Source: Octopus vulgaris (taxonomy: Eukaryota). From it: DNA of 64,000 nucleotides. The translations under genes and the position numbers were made by a program. The notes beneath the pieces are model-generated. The model saw only the letters and a program-made list of their open reading frames with translations. It was not told the DNA's origin and searched no databases. Below are positions 13,001 through 26,600 of this stretch, in pieces. The stretch lies in the NCBI GenBank assembly GCA_951406725.2, contig OX597814.1, forward strand, positions 210,614,001 through 210,678,000, given 5' to 3'. Every line of letters starts with the position of its first letter. Position 1 is the stretch's first letter.

Positions 13001-15673
13001 ACCCATATCGTCTGTAGGGACCACTAGATATCCTTGTTAAAAGAAAGCAGTGAGTTAGTCAGATCCGTTCCAGATAAGATTAAAATATATCGAAATACCA
13101 GCAGCGCTTGAAGAATATGCATGATGCACGGTTTAGTTGTTATAATCTGTATTAAGCAGTTCCTGTTACGAGTGAAATGAGATGATCTATGAATGATGAT
13201 TAATACGAAGCAATGAAAGTAGGTAATGCTTTTCATGAAATTCTGCATGACAAATCTGAAGACTACACTCGAAATTCACTCGCTGATAGATGAAAATAAT
13301 ACCAAGCTAGCGTTCCTTGTACCGTCAAATACTATATAATATACTATCGTTCTCAGTTCTTAGAGTAGAGTGAGTATTTAGCAAAGCCAAATGATTAACA
13401 TCTTAGATGTTACATCCATGATGTAGCTTCTAAAAGCAACCAGTTGTTTGTAAGAAAGACGAGTCTCTCGCAAATGATAGCGACATCTGCTTACGTCTGA
13501 CCATGAACCGCTGGAAATGTTATGATTGCGCTGGGGCTATGAGCGAAATCAGTATTAGAGACTCATCAAATGGATATGGACAGTAAATAGATACCGCGAT
13601 GGCTGCAGAATCGCATAACAAAGTGAAAATCTTACGCGTTAGTATACCACCAGCACGTTCTCCTGCTTTCTCCTAGATGAAAACTCATAGCTATGGTAAA
13701 TTTTATGGGACATCATATTTTAAAGGTTTTAAATTATGACACTGCTGTACACACAATAAAGTACTTTGAAGAACTCCGGTTATTAGGAACATTACAAGAA
13801 TTACATAATTCCGATTCTCAACAAACAGGTATCGGGCTTCAAATACCATGCTTCTCCCCTTCTTTTCCTATTTTTTTGCTATTCCATATAAATATATTGT
13901 ATAAATATATAACTGTCGATATGCATATCCACGAGCTTCCATCTAATGAATATTTTTTCAGTTTTAGTCTCTCTCTATGTATCGCAATATATTTGCATAT
14001 CTACATGTATGTATGTATGTATGTATGTATGTATGTATGTATGTCTCTATGTGTGTGTGTGTGTGTGTATGCGTGTATATCAAACTCAAGTGCGTTTATA
14101 TGCAACACGCTCTCTATTAAATTTCTGTGTCCCTGTTTCACCTTCTTCCATCTTTACTTCCTCTTCCTCACCCACTTCATTTCCTTCTCTAACTGTTGCC
14201 TCTGTGTTACGTCTATCCATTTGCCCAACACCTCTCATTCTCTCTCCTCCAACTACCACGTGACCCCGTGACTATACACATGTCTCCTCGATTTCATTTT
14301 TTCTCTCTACCTTTGATTCGATCGGCCTCAAGCTTTTTCTCTCACTCCCACTTTTTTATATAAAGCTTGTTTTGTTCATCTTCCGTTCTGACTTTTCATC
14401 TGTCTTTTTCTCTCTTCCAGTCCAACAGGACATTTTCCTATTTTCCTATGCGTTACTCAATAACTTTCCAGCTTGCAGTCACCTGGCCTTTTTGCGTTTA
14501 ATATATATAATTATATATATATATATTGATATATATATATATATATATATATCATCATCATCATCATCATTATTTTTTTTTCCTCCGTATGTTCGCATTT
14601 TCTGGTATTTGATTTCGTCATTGTCCTGTATGTTCTCTACCTGATTCCAGTGGCTTCTTATCACAGCCATGGCTGCACCCATATGTATCCATATACATAT
14701 ACATGCATAAATATATATATATATATGGATATATGCCCACATACTCATGCATAAATAACGCAAATGAATGGCATACGTCATCAAGGCGCGGTTCCCAAAT
14801 GAGTATAATACAGTTTAGTGTATCCTAATAGTAAATGAAAATATTAACTTGAATTCAGTTTTTACGCTTATGTGGATTAAGATACATGTAATATACTAGT
14901 TCATCTGCAAACTGAAACACATTGTACTTACATATTATTTTATTTATTTATTTATATTATGGAATGTAATTTTAGTTCATTTCACTTACGGTCAAATGAC
15001 TATTTTTTAATGGATACTGTTTTCCTTAATAGAGACTGATTTACTTCTATATGTATAATTAATTAATTCAGTTATCTCTATCTATTAGTATTTACTTAAC
15101 ATTATCACTGATTAAATTGCAATCCTATCTTGTCATAGAACATCCAGTTGGCATTACACTCAGAATATCTGATAAGCTTGTCATTATAACAAGGGAGAAG
15201 GTTAATGAATAGGAGTCAGTCAGCTGAAGTTTACAGCTATGACTGTTACCACTTTATAATAACGTATACTACATTTAACAGGAGTATACTCACGTTGAAA
15301 AGAACAGAAAAACACGCCTATAGTTCCTCACTTTCTATAGTATTTTAATCGCTCAAATGAATCGATGAATTATGTTTATTGCAATGAGAAAATTTTCGGT
15401 CTTGCCAGGCAATTTGAAACGCGTGTAAACTAAAATCGCAGATAATGTACTATCATTTTTTGTTTATGTTTTCTTTATATACACCGAGTTAAGAGGTTTT
15501 ATTAATACATAAACCTCAGGCTTAGAAATCGAATATGTCACAAGAAATGAATGAAAATGTATACAGATTAGTGTGAAAATAGCTGAATAATTTCGGTTTC
15601 GTCAGCCGGATCCGAGTTTTACTGAGTTGGGAAACAAATATAGGCCTGGATGCATATAATTCACCAACAAACA

Positions 15674-15723
<50 letters not shown>

Positions 15724-15904
15724 TATGATTGTCCGTTTGCGTGTGTGTGTGATTGTGTGAGTGTGATTGTGTATGTGTGTGCGTTTATCAGGACGAACAC
15801 TGATAGACAGATTTAAAATATCATTTTGATTAAGATGTTCTCCACTTCGATCGGTGTAATTATGTATCTGAGACCAAATATTTGCGCATTTAAAATGAAT
15901 ATTA

Positions 15905-16060
15905 ATATTCTATACATGTTAAATTCAGCAGAATTGGACTTTTCCATTCATTATTCTGGAGTCAATAAAATAACTACCCGCTGAAAATTGGGGTCATTTA
16001 ATCGACTTCAGCACTCCCCTGAGACTGTTGGCCTTGTGCCAAAGTTCGAAACCAATATTT
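15905..16060 (+). mobile_element. Family-B SINE remnant
   Basis: ctttccattcatt...gtcaataaaat...ggggtc...tcgactt...ggccttgtgccaaagttcgaaaccaatatt. Confidence 0.65.
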
Positions 16061-16321
16061 TACGCAAGATTTTTCATTGCATTTTCAGTTGATATTTAGA
16101 TGGTTTTGAGTAAAACTACTCTAAACGCATAACTATTCGTGCATACAGGAAGCGAATTAGCAGAAGTATCGAAACATCACCTTGCAAAATTTATTCAAGC
16201 TTCATGCCGACGGATTTTACTACCCTAAGTCATCGAATAGTTATTACTAGAAATGTATAACCTCATGAAGTCTTTGCGATTTTATATGTCAGATTATAAT
16301 GGAAATACAAATAAAGCAACT

Positions 16322-16650
16322 GTTACTCCGTCGGTTACGCCGACGATGGCTCCAGTTGATTCGATGAACGGAACAACCTGATCCTGAAATTAAGGTGCAT
16401 ATGCTCGAGTACTCCACAGACACGTGTAATCTTAACGTAGTTCTCGGGGAGATTCAGCGTGATAGTGAGTGTGTGACAAGTCTGGCTTTTTGAAGTACAT
16501 GTACTACTCACTTTTGCCAGGTGAGTGAACTGGAGAGTCATGAAATAAAGTATATTGCTCCAGGAAGCAACAACTCGCCGGGGATTGAACTGATGACCTT
16601 GAGATCGCTTGCCAAATGCCCTAACAACTAAGCCTGGCTCCTTCACCACA
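16322..16650 (-). mobile_element. tRNA-derived SINE, family C
   Basis: Reverse complement of the 3' half of the 57101-57486 copy (ctccacagacacgtgt...cttaacgtagttctcggggagattcagcgtga). Confidence 0.88.
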
Positions 16651-19194
16651 GTTAAAGCAATTTAGATTAAATTCCAAAAACGATTTAACTGAAATAGAAC
16701 AGAATATGATTTGGAACATAGGAAAAGTAGGCATATGGTGTAACGTATGTTTCTCTATATTCCCCTAAATTTACTAGACACTTGTAATGCTTGAAGTCGT
16801 GGGTTTTCAAATCTTGCGTAATCATTATCAATTTAACTTATGGTCATTTGAGGGACATTTGCTAATTATTTCTAACTGATCGAGCAGCATATGCTGAAGA
16901 TTTCGCAATTAAGTCAATTAATAGTTTAGTCAACGTTGTTTGAATTTGCTATCATATCGTCACAGAGGGCAAAAGTACCAAGAGTATAGCAAACCACACA
17001 CACGCGAAGAGAAAAACAAACAATAGCTGTGAAAAGTGTAGTAACGAAAACATTCACAAGTTAATTAACATTAAAATAGATTGCAAAGTGAAAAAATGTA
17101 ATATTCATTCAGATTTTTCCAAATTAATTATTCGTCACTCTATTGCATACCCCTAAATGCTGTCTGTTTGTATATGAGCTGTATTAATATGTTTAACTCC
17201 TTCGAGTCTAATTATATTCTGTTCACGTCGATAATTAAAACCTTCCCCCTTTTAATCAACGTAGTATGTTTCTCTTGGATCTTTTGTACGGAACACTGAC
17301 TTAGGTTATGAAGAACTCCTACTATCTTTCATTTCATCACCTAAAATTAATTAGAATATGGCTCTGTTAATATTTGTTTAAGAATGATTAATTTTCTATA
17401 CATTTGGTTTTGTTTTATATATTTCTTAATACTGTTTTTGCTCTAATCACTTTATACAGTGTCAAAATCATTAACCTAAGGACTAATGATATCGCATTCA
17501 AAAGTTAAATGCTGAAATTACTTCACATAATATATTAATTTTCAACTAATAACAAGTAGAATACTTAGTACATGGCTGACCATCATGATACAGCTATACA
17601 TTAGATTTTTCAGTGTTAGTAATAAAATATTACCAATAGACGTCTACATGTGTATATCTTACTACCTGGAACGTATCTACATTGCGTTCCAGGAAAACCA
17701 TGGCTATGTCATTCATACGTTATATTATTATTGTTCAGCAATGAAACGTCATATGTCTCGCGCTTATATCGATATCGCAATAAATGTTTCATTTTTAAAC
17801 AGGCTGTAGATTTATGGTGTATATTATTGCAGCTACAGCTTCGATAAATGAATATATTATTGCTACTTTTATATGGTCAGAGCAACTTTAGTTCACCATG
17901 TCCATAGCCACGTGTGCAGTGCGTGCTGCATGCAGGAGCTTCAGGTCTTCACTTAAATATCGAAAGAAACAATTCAGCAAATATTTGGCCACTTCACCAA
18001 ATGCCTTACAAAACAGTACAAAAAATGCCATGCAGCTTGCCAGATTACCTTTAAGATGCACGACGCTTGTTGCTAACCAAATATTCAGTTGAGAAACGGT
18101 GATGCAGAAAGATATGTAGGCTGGTGCCAATCTTGTCCTCAATGGCTCAGAGGTAAAATAATATATTGCGGATAACTTATTCTTTAAATGACTGTGACTC
18201 TACAAACGGAAATTACTGTTTTATCTCATTTTCTTAAATTAATTATCTGCTTCTTTGTTTTTATGCTTACGATATGATTAACTGTAACATATATTTACAA
18301 TGTTCAAAACCTTAATCAACAGGTCCCTCCAAAAAAATGTTAACCCTTTTTCTTTCGCTTATTCGCAAAGATACTTAGCCAATATTCTTGTCAAAGCATA
18401 TATCTAATGCAGAAATAATAACGTCAGTTTGATAAATAACTGGAAAACTATTTTAAGATATTTATTTCTGTAACTTTTCTGACATCATGAATTATTGTTT
18501 TTCTACGTCTTTAATGCGTACGAGATGAAGTGGTGTGTCCATATTTATCAATCAATATATTTAATAATACTAATTTCAATACGTTCCGAGTTGTACCAAT
18601 GAGAATATCCTCTGTAACGTATGTCTATTTTAGTTTTGAGATATACAAACAAATCATTGAGCTAATTCAAATCGAGTGTATGGTTAATATACCAATAAGA
18701 AAACTGAATGTAAATAAATAGTAAGACAAATAGAGGAAGACATTCTTAAATAAATTAAAATGAACTATGACACGTGATAGCGCTGAAAGTAAACTTTTGC
18801 AGTGAGGTTGTTAATAAGTGGCAGAAATTGATAGTAGCGATTTCAAGATTACTGTAAACTCACATTGTTCGTTTATGAAGATTAATGTATAAAACTGCAC
18901 TGTGTTCTTTATTTGTTAATTGAGATTTATTTGGTTCGTAAACATCATGTAGTGTGTGACCCTATAGAATTATTTATTTAAGTGTTGTTAGATTCCTGTT
19001 TCTGTGATCATCAAAATTCAAGCAGGCTGTACTCACATTGCCATCTGTTGCTTTAATTCCATACATATATGCAAGTATTAGGGCACAATGTTTAAATATG
19101 TAATCATTGGAGTAAGACTATGGCAGACAGAAAGGGAATTAACTGATTGAAATGTAGTGAAAAAAAAGAAGAAAATATAAATTATATATCTTAT

Positions 19195-19360
19195 AGGCGC
19201 AGGAGTGGCTGTGTGGTAAGTCGCTTGCTAACCAACCACATGGTTCCGGGTTCAGTCCCACTGCGTGGCATCTTGGGCAAGTGTGTTCTGCTATAGCCAC
19301 GGGCCGACCAATGCCTTGTGAGTGGATTTGGTAAACGGAAACTGAAAGAAGCCTGTCGTA

Positions 19361-19403
<43 letters not shown>

Positions 19404-19625
19404 TTGTATGTCTGTGTTTGTCCCCCTAGCATTGCTTGACAACCGATGCTGGTGTGTTTACATCCCCGTCACTTAGCGGTTCGGCAAAAGAGACCGATAG
19501 AATAAGTACTGGGCTTACAAAGAATAAGTACCGGGGTCGATTTGCTCGACTAAAATGTGGTGCTCCAGCATGGCCGCAGTCAACTGACTGAAACAAGTAA
19601 AAGAGTAAAAAAGAAAAAAAGAGTA
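19195..19625 (+). mobile_element. Full-length family-A tRNA SINE
   Basis: A box tggctgtgtgg, B box ggttcagtccc, internal (TA)n(TG)n, 3' aaacaagtaaaagagta tail; near-identical to 29200-29625. Confidence 0.95.
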
Positions 19626-20578
19626 TCTCAATGCACTAAATTCCAGAATGGTTAATGTATATTCTTTGTGGCATACACGCGATGAAGTGAGTAACATCTT
19701 AAGCTGTTATTGTGTTACTGATCTAAAGTTGCATACACAATTTGATGATATTGTACATTTGAACAGATGTGTTTAAAACATTCTAGAATTGTGTGCGGAA
19801 TAATGTTTTTCATATTCCATATAATCAAGAATTGAAGCTAAGTCAAGAATTAAGAAAACATGACTGAATTTCATTATGAACATTTGGAAATAATACCTAA
19901 TGTCTGGTAAGTATACTCATGAAATACAATCACCGTAATCAAAAACTATGGTTCAAGGATGTTCAGGAAATAAAGTTATTGAATCTTTATCTGAGCTGCT
20001 CTGTATGTTACCTCTTTATTTATATAGTGTCACTAACCCAGTTTCTCGAATATCATATAAGGAATTACATTCAAATCACAAGGAATTACATTCAAATTGC
20101 TTAACCATCAATGCCGTAACATAACTTACGCTTAAGAATATCTAACTCTCTATTATGATAGCAACACACTTATAGAATTAGCAGAAGATGCTTGAAACAC
20201 GAATAGCACAGAAGACAAAACCTAAACATTCCCTTGAAAGTCGGGAACTCTATACATTTTAGACAACAAAGGAAATCTGACTTCTAATTTTTTTTCAATT
20301 ACTTTTCGGAGCACTTCTGAATTCCTGTTTCGTTTACTATAACCTAAAGGTTCCTACCTAGTCATTATTTGGTTTTACATGCCTACATGAGCTGGGAGTG
20401 AGGTATAACATGAAGTGCATCGAAATCCTTAAATTATCAAGTCGGGGCACTAAAATATACCACATGCATCACAAGGAACAAATTAAGGTGCCCACGTTAA
20501 GACAAAATCTTTATGGAAAACAACAACATAAGAAACCCATTGCATCGAGGAAAGCAATACTGTTGCTTAGACATCAGA

Positions 20579-23500
20579 AAAGTATTAGAAGATGCTGATG
20601 AGGAAAGTGAAATCAGCTAATCTGCATTTAGATAATCTCCTTCACAAGCTTCGTGAATCTGATCTTGTAACTGAAGTCGATCACTAGTCCATTACAAAAA
20701 TAAAATATTTGCACGTACTCCGCTTCCTATTATAAACTCTAATCCGGTCCCAAGCAATTTATCTCTATCGATTTGAACATATTTGAAACTCTTCGAAAAT
20801 AAAGTTAAAAGCATCTGTTCTGAATGTCACATAACAACCATACATATCAGAATTTAAGATTCACTAAAAAGTCATATATCAATTATTTTTTAATAGATTT
20901 TGGGCACGAAGACAGCATCGTTTTGCAAAGACGTTGATTCATAATTAAATCAGTATATTCTAGACACTCTAATATTATAAAGATACCAAATTAAAAGAAA
21001 AACACAATGCTTGCACATCACAATTCTTATCACCTTATCTCATCAATATCGAAATGTTTTATCTTCCGTCTGAATTCATTTCCCACGGGGTGAAAACAAT
21101 TAATTCATTATAGTGTAAATCACCAGAGTCGAAAAAATACACTTTTCAACTCGTTTTGGGTACTTTTCTCCGATTCAGTACCACACACATACACACACGC
21201 ATACGCCCGCCCGTCCGCCCGCCCGCACACACACACATACACACAACACACACACATATTCATGCTCTCACAAAGAAACACTCACCAGTACAGATCGACT
21301 TACAGATATATCCTACCTACAGTAAGATGCGATAAATTGTAATAAACTGTCCTATATGAAGTATAAGTAAGAACATTTTCATTATGATAAAATAAATGAT
21401 ATAGATAAAGAAAATATGCTCTGCGGCTATATATGAAACCGAAATCATAATCATAAAACTATGCTTACTGCAACTGAAAGAACAAGATTAAGAGAAACGC
21501 TCTTGGCAAAATTAAATGAGAAATTACATGAAAATTACATATCTCGATGGAAATTTCCACCCGAAAATTATAATTATAATTCGACAGCAAATAAGTCAAA
21601 ATGTGTCAGAAGTAATCAATAAATATACACTTGCGTGTCCTTGTAGACAAATTACACCTTTAAATTAGACAACAGGAAATAAGTAGGAACCAGGAGTTTT
21701 ATGCGAATACAGTACAGTTGTTAGAGTAGAATTTTTTTTTTTAATCTCTTCACTCATTTAGGAAGAGCATTTGTAGAAATATTACACGATGTGGTTTTGA
21801 GGCTGATAACATGGTGACTCAGTCAAGCATTGTAGTTGTTGTTAACGTTATGTACTTGTTACTAAATTAGAAAACACTAATATTATTATTATCATTGGTA
21901 AGGCGGTTAACTGCCGGTTAAGTATTAGAAGGTGCTGATGAGGAAATGAAAATCAGCTAATCTGCCATTACATAATCTCATTCAGAAGCTTCGTAAATCT
22001 GATCTTGTAACTGAAGTCGATCAGTAGTAGAACATTTTCTGTTAGTTAGCAATACAGTACAGATGTTAGTGCAGAAGGTTGTGTTTTTAATCTCTTCACA
22101 ATAACATTTAAGAAGAGCATTTTTAGAAACAATACATGATGTCGCTTCGAGGTGACTCAATTAAACATTGTAGTTGCTTTTAACGTTATGTACTTAATAT
22201 GTAAACGTTATGTAAACATTAATATTATCATTATCATTGTTAAAGCGGTTGACTGGCAGAGTCGTTAGACGCCGTGGAAAAAATGTTTTACGGCCTTTCG
22301 CCCGTCACTATATTCTGAGTTCCAATTCCGCCGAGGTCGACTTTGCCCTTTATCCTTTCGGGATGTGGGGTTGTTATGATCGACTTACTCCTACCGCCAA
22401 ATTACCGCCTTATTCCCATAGAAGAATGCTTATTATTGTTGTTGTTGCTGAGTTTACAAAAGAAAAATATAGTTTTAATACACGTAAGATGTTATTGAGT
22501 TTCGTTGTGTCAAAAAAAAAGTAATTTGGATTTGTTGAACTATTTTGTAATAAAATTCAACCAGTATCCCCTTTTTGAGGGGAATTTAGGCGGCTCTTCT
22601 TAGCAGAGATGCATATTTATTCGCAAATCGTTCGGCCAGTTAGCTGTTCCAACAGCCGATATGACACTTGTTCCCCACTACTACCTATTAGCAGAGAATA
22701 TATGAACTACAAAATGCATTATCCACAAAAGCAACATTGGTAAAAACTATACAAATTAAATGACTTGTGACAGCAACTCTGCAGCTACCATCATTTTCAC
22801 CACCCGTGTCGACGGAAACAACAACATCTAGAAGTATGGAAAAGAAAGAAATAAAGGAAAATTGTCGATTTAACCCAACTGAAATTTTCGCATCTTCAAC
22901 AACCTCAAATCTCAAGATTCTGTGTATGCAAATTATATGCAAAATTATGTAAGTAAAGTCTAAATTTTAGTTAAAAGGTTGAATTAAACAGTCTGGAACT
23001 TACCGAACATGAGACCAAGCTGGAAAATCCACCTTTTAAAACGATAAGCATAAAATGTAGAGAGTAGAACAAATGACACGGCAAGAAACGGAAACGTGTC
23101 TCGGGCTGATTCGTGGCATGAAAACGATAAGGAGAAATACGGGGTATGTTCAGTTTAAGACACCCCTGCAACGTACGTGGACATAGAGCACTTCACGAAA
23201 AATCTAATGTCTAACGAGCCGGTTCTTCTACAAATCTATGCTGGGTATTGGGTAATGGCTATATAAAGATTATAGATATGCGCCAATAAGTAAATATCTG
23301 CTGAGTGGTGTCGGGAGTCCTCTTTGACATATCCACATATCTCTATACCCTATCGACCACAATAAAAAAAATAATAGTAATAAGTTGGGATAAATTACCG
23401 GAATCGAAATCACACTTTTCAGCTGGCTTTGCGTCCCTTTCTGCTGTTCCGTAGCACACACACACACACATACAAACACGGAAAGATATTCATTCATTCA

Positions 23501-23608
23501 TACACAAAGAAGCACATACTCGTGCAGATATATTCTACATAGTGTAAAGTATGATAAATTGTAATAAACTGTAAGATATGTTAATTATGATAAACATATG
23601 TTGATAAA
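20579..23608 (+). repeat. Mosaic of old local direct duplications (order A B C A' C' B')
   Basis: 20579-20688 matches 21920-22028; 21115-21408 matches 23390-23608; 21706-21915 matches 22051-22258. Confidence 0.8.
22240..22420 (+). mobile_element. Family-B SINE
   Basis: ctggcagagtcgttag...ttctgagttccaattccgccgaggtcgactttgccctttatcctttcggg. Confidence 0.85.
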
Positions 23609-26600
23609 TCGGCATACGGTAGAAAACTAAGATTCCTCTCGGGGAAAAGTAATGGCGGTTTTGACTCAAACGAAGACGAAATTAAGAAATATATTCTGGA
23701 TCCGATAAATCTAGCAAGTGGCACAAAACTATGTGTTGTCCCAAAAGGCAGAAACAACAATGCCATGTGTGTAGTGACACAAACCATCGCAGCTGCAAAG
23801 CCTTCGTCCACGGTAACGGGGAAAAGGTGATTCGAACTTGGCCGATACTACCGTCACAACAACAAAAAAGCAAGTAAAGAAAAAAAAACAGTCCTGAAGA
23901 GCCAGATTCAACAACATCCGCAACTGAGAGTTCCCTAATTACGACAAAGCAAAAGTAAAGTGACCGCCCCCCCCAACATTTGTCTGTCTCTACTTGAGAG
24001 TCGTCGTATGGGAAAGACGACAAATCAAATGGCAACAGGTAACAGACAATAAAAAAGAATAAAAATTCACACCTACCAAAATGCAGAGACTTACAAGAAG
24101 CAGCTACAAAAACAACACACAAACACCACGAATATTACCAACACATCTATAGCTAACATTATCACCACCATCACTGTCATCACAATCACTATCGCCACCA
24201 CAGAAACAAACTTCTTAACAAACGCTGTCAAAATCTAATAAACATTCAAACCAACAACAGCTGTTAAGAATCTTTTAAAGATTAGAGTGACGTAAATAAA
24301 AGGTAAAAGATTTAATGAAACACGTAAAGCAGAACAGACATTACTAAGGATGACGTAACGATGCTGGCAAATAATAAACTTAGTTTTAACAAGTATGTTT
24401 AAGCTGAAAATAATGCAAGAGAAAATGGTGTTGCTATGGTACTCTTTGTGCTCAAAATTACTCGGGATCTATGAGCCTCCTTGATCGTAGCATGGTGGCG
24501 TTTCTCACTTATTGGGAAATATTGTAATGACCCTCTTGTTAACTTGTATTGTGTCCTATCTTTTACAGATTTTTCTGTAATTACACGCTATTCTTGCTTT
24601 TGTATCTATCATCTAAACATTGTTTGCAGTACACATAGTGTGCTGATTAATAATATGCTGCCCACGAACTTAACTTGCTGGATTTGTGACTAAATAAGTA
24701 GCCATTATTTAAATTTCTATTTTAATCTTTCATATCCTGTCTCCGTGTTAGGTATTGTAAGATTCTGTGAATTCTAAGTAGGGCCTTCTTTTAACAATAT
24801 TTTCTCGATATGTAAATACAATGTTTTTTTCTCATGCTAAACAATAGCTCGGATATATGAATGTTGATATATTTCAATTGCAATTTGTAAATCATCAAAA
24901 CCGATTGAGAAATGTAGGGCAAATGATTATACACCTTGTATTATTTTCTTTTCCCTCTACACATCCATGTTTGCAACGTCAACGAGGTAAAGAAAAGAAA
25001 TAAATTTCTATACTTTGTTTTTTTATTTACTATAAATGCTTCCACGATATTTTCTTCTTTTTCTGGTTAGAAAATTAGGTCCAGAACCCGGCAAACCAAG
25101 CACCTCCAAACAATAGAATATTACGTGCATTTTAATTCCAAAATTAAATTAAAAAAGGGAAAAAATTCGAAAGTCTAAAACAAGTAATATGGATATTGTT
25201 ATTCTCAAGTATGCTCTTGAAACGGTAATTGTTAAATTCATATTAAACTCACACATTCGTCAGTATCGCTGTCAACAAGATAAACGCAATATTTTCAAAC
25301 ATGATGCCGTTCATTTTCTTGATACCTCGCCTCAAATCTAGATTGTCTACAGACATCGAAGTTCATATAAAATTCGGGTATTATACTTTGCGTTTATTTC
25401 ACATCTATTTAAAACCACGTAAAGTATTCGTCCGATCCTTGCCCTTACACGTATATTGTAACTGTGCTATCATCTTTATTAGTAACATTGATTGATTTAT
25501 TGGTTGCTATTTCTATTACAAGACATTCCATTTGTATCGTAGCAACATCTGATAGCTTACAACAAGTCTCTTTTATCTTATATTCTCTGAATAGAATGTT
25601 CGTTGTTTATAATTCAAGTAATCTTTCTTGAATCAGATTTATATATTAATAAATGAAATATGAATTGGCTCTTATAGTTCTAACTTAGCTATTTCAATAA
25701 AGCTTGAGATGAAATAGACTTCTTTGGAGTTAAAATGGTAGCAGTTCTCATGTTTCTTCTCTAAATGTCATGACATTTTCTCCATGGCACCTGAGTGTAT
25801 TTCATTATTAACTTTTAAAGATTGAAATTTGGTTTTCTCCGTAGCACTTCCAACAAACTGCTTTCTGATATTTAGCTGTACAATTAATGTGATAAGTTCT
25901 AATGTTGTGACTATATATTTCTTTGTATTTAATCCGAATGTCTCTACCCTAAAACCTTTGGTTCTACAGTTGTAATAAAAGTCCTAATTATCATTGTTTA
26001 CTCACAATGAGACACGTGTATAATTACTTGCATTCAGGCATTTGCCGTCCATTGTTTTCTCAGATTACTTTATATGTATCTTGTTGTTAGAATCAATTTA
26101 TATCTATATTTGTTTGTTTTTCTGTGAAATGTAATTGTAGTATTTACTTTTCGAGATTTTTTCGTTTCAGTGACAGAAATGAAAGGATCTCGGAAGAAGT
26201 GGCTTACAGCATTTACTTCTGTACCTTCGTATTTTCCTGTAATTTCATGTCCAGTCAACATCATCATTTCTTCGGTTATTCGAAATACAAATGTGCCATG
26301 CACGTCATTGAGACACTTAAATTAATATTCTTTTGACAACTTATACAGCATGATCGGTATCATATTTCACAACAGCAATTTATTATTCGGTAAAGAGACG
26401 TATCAAATGAAAGACACTTAGTACCTCATTTGTGAATAAAAAAAATTAAGTGAACTTAAAGGAAAAGAACTTTACAGTTACATTTACTATTTGTAATGTA
26501 TTTACAAAACTGAATTCATTTAAAATTTATAAATGACTCATATTTTTTTAAGACACGTTTTCTTTGTCGTATTACATATTTCAGAATATTTGGAAGTTCA

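Noticed and set aside
13434-13602. Cys-containing short frame (WKCYDC) on plus and an acceptor/donor pair on minus
   Set aside because: The minus exon has stops in all three frames; the plus frame is short with weak splice signals and no recognisable family.
20595-20618. CTGATGAG...GAAA hammerhead-like core (repeated at about 21935)
   Set aside because: No stem II or III; it folds as a simple GCTGAT/ATCAGC hairpin.
20717-20755. Twister-like words ACTCCGC...CCGGTCCCAAGC
   Set aside because: The 3' half (CCGG..AAA..GAGG pseudoknot partners) is absent.
26070-26303. 77-aa minus-strand ORF with a GTAAGC donor-like site
   Set aside because: No good acceptor and no recognisable homology.
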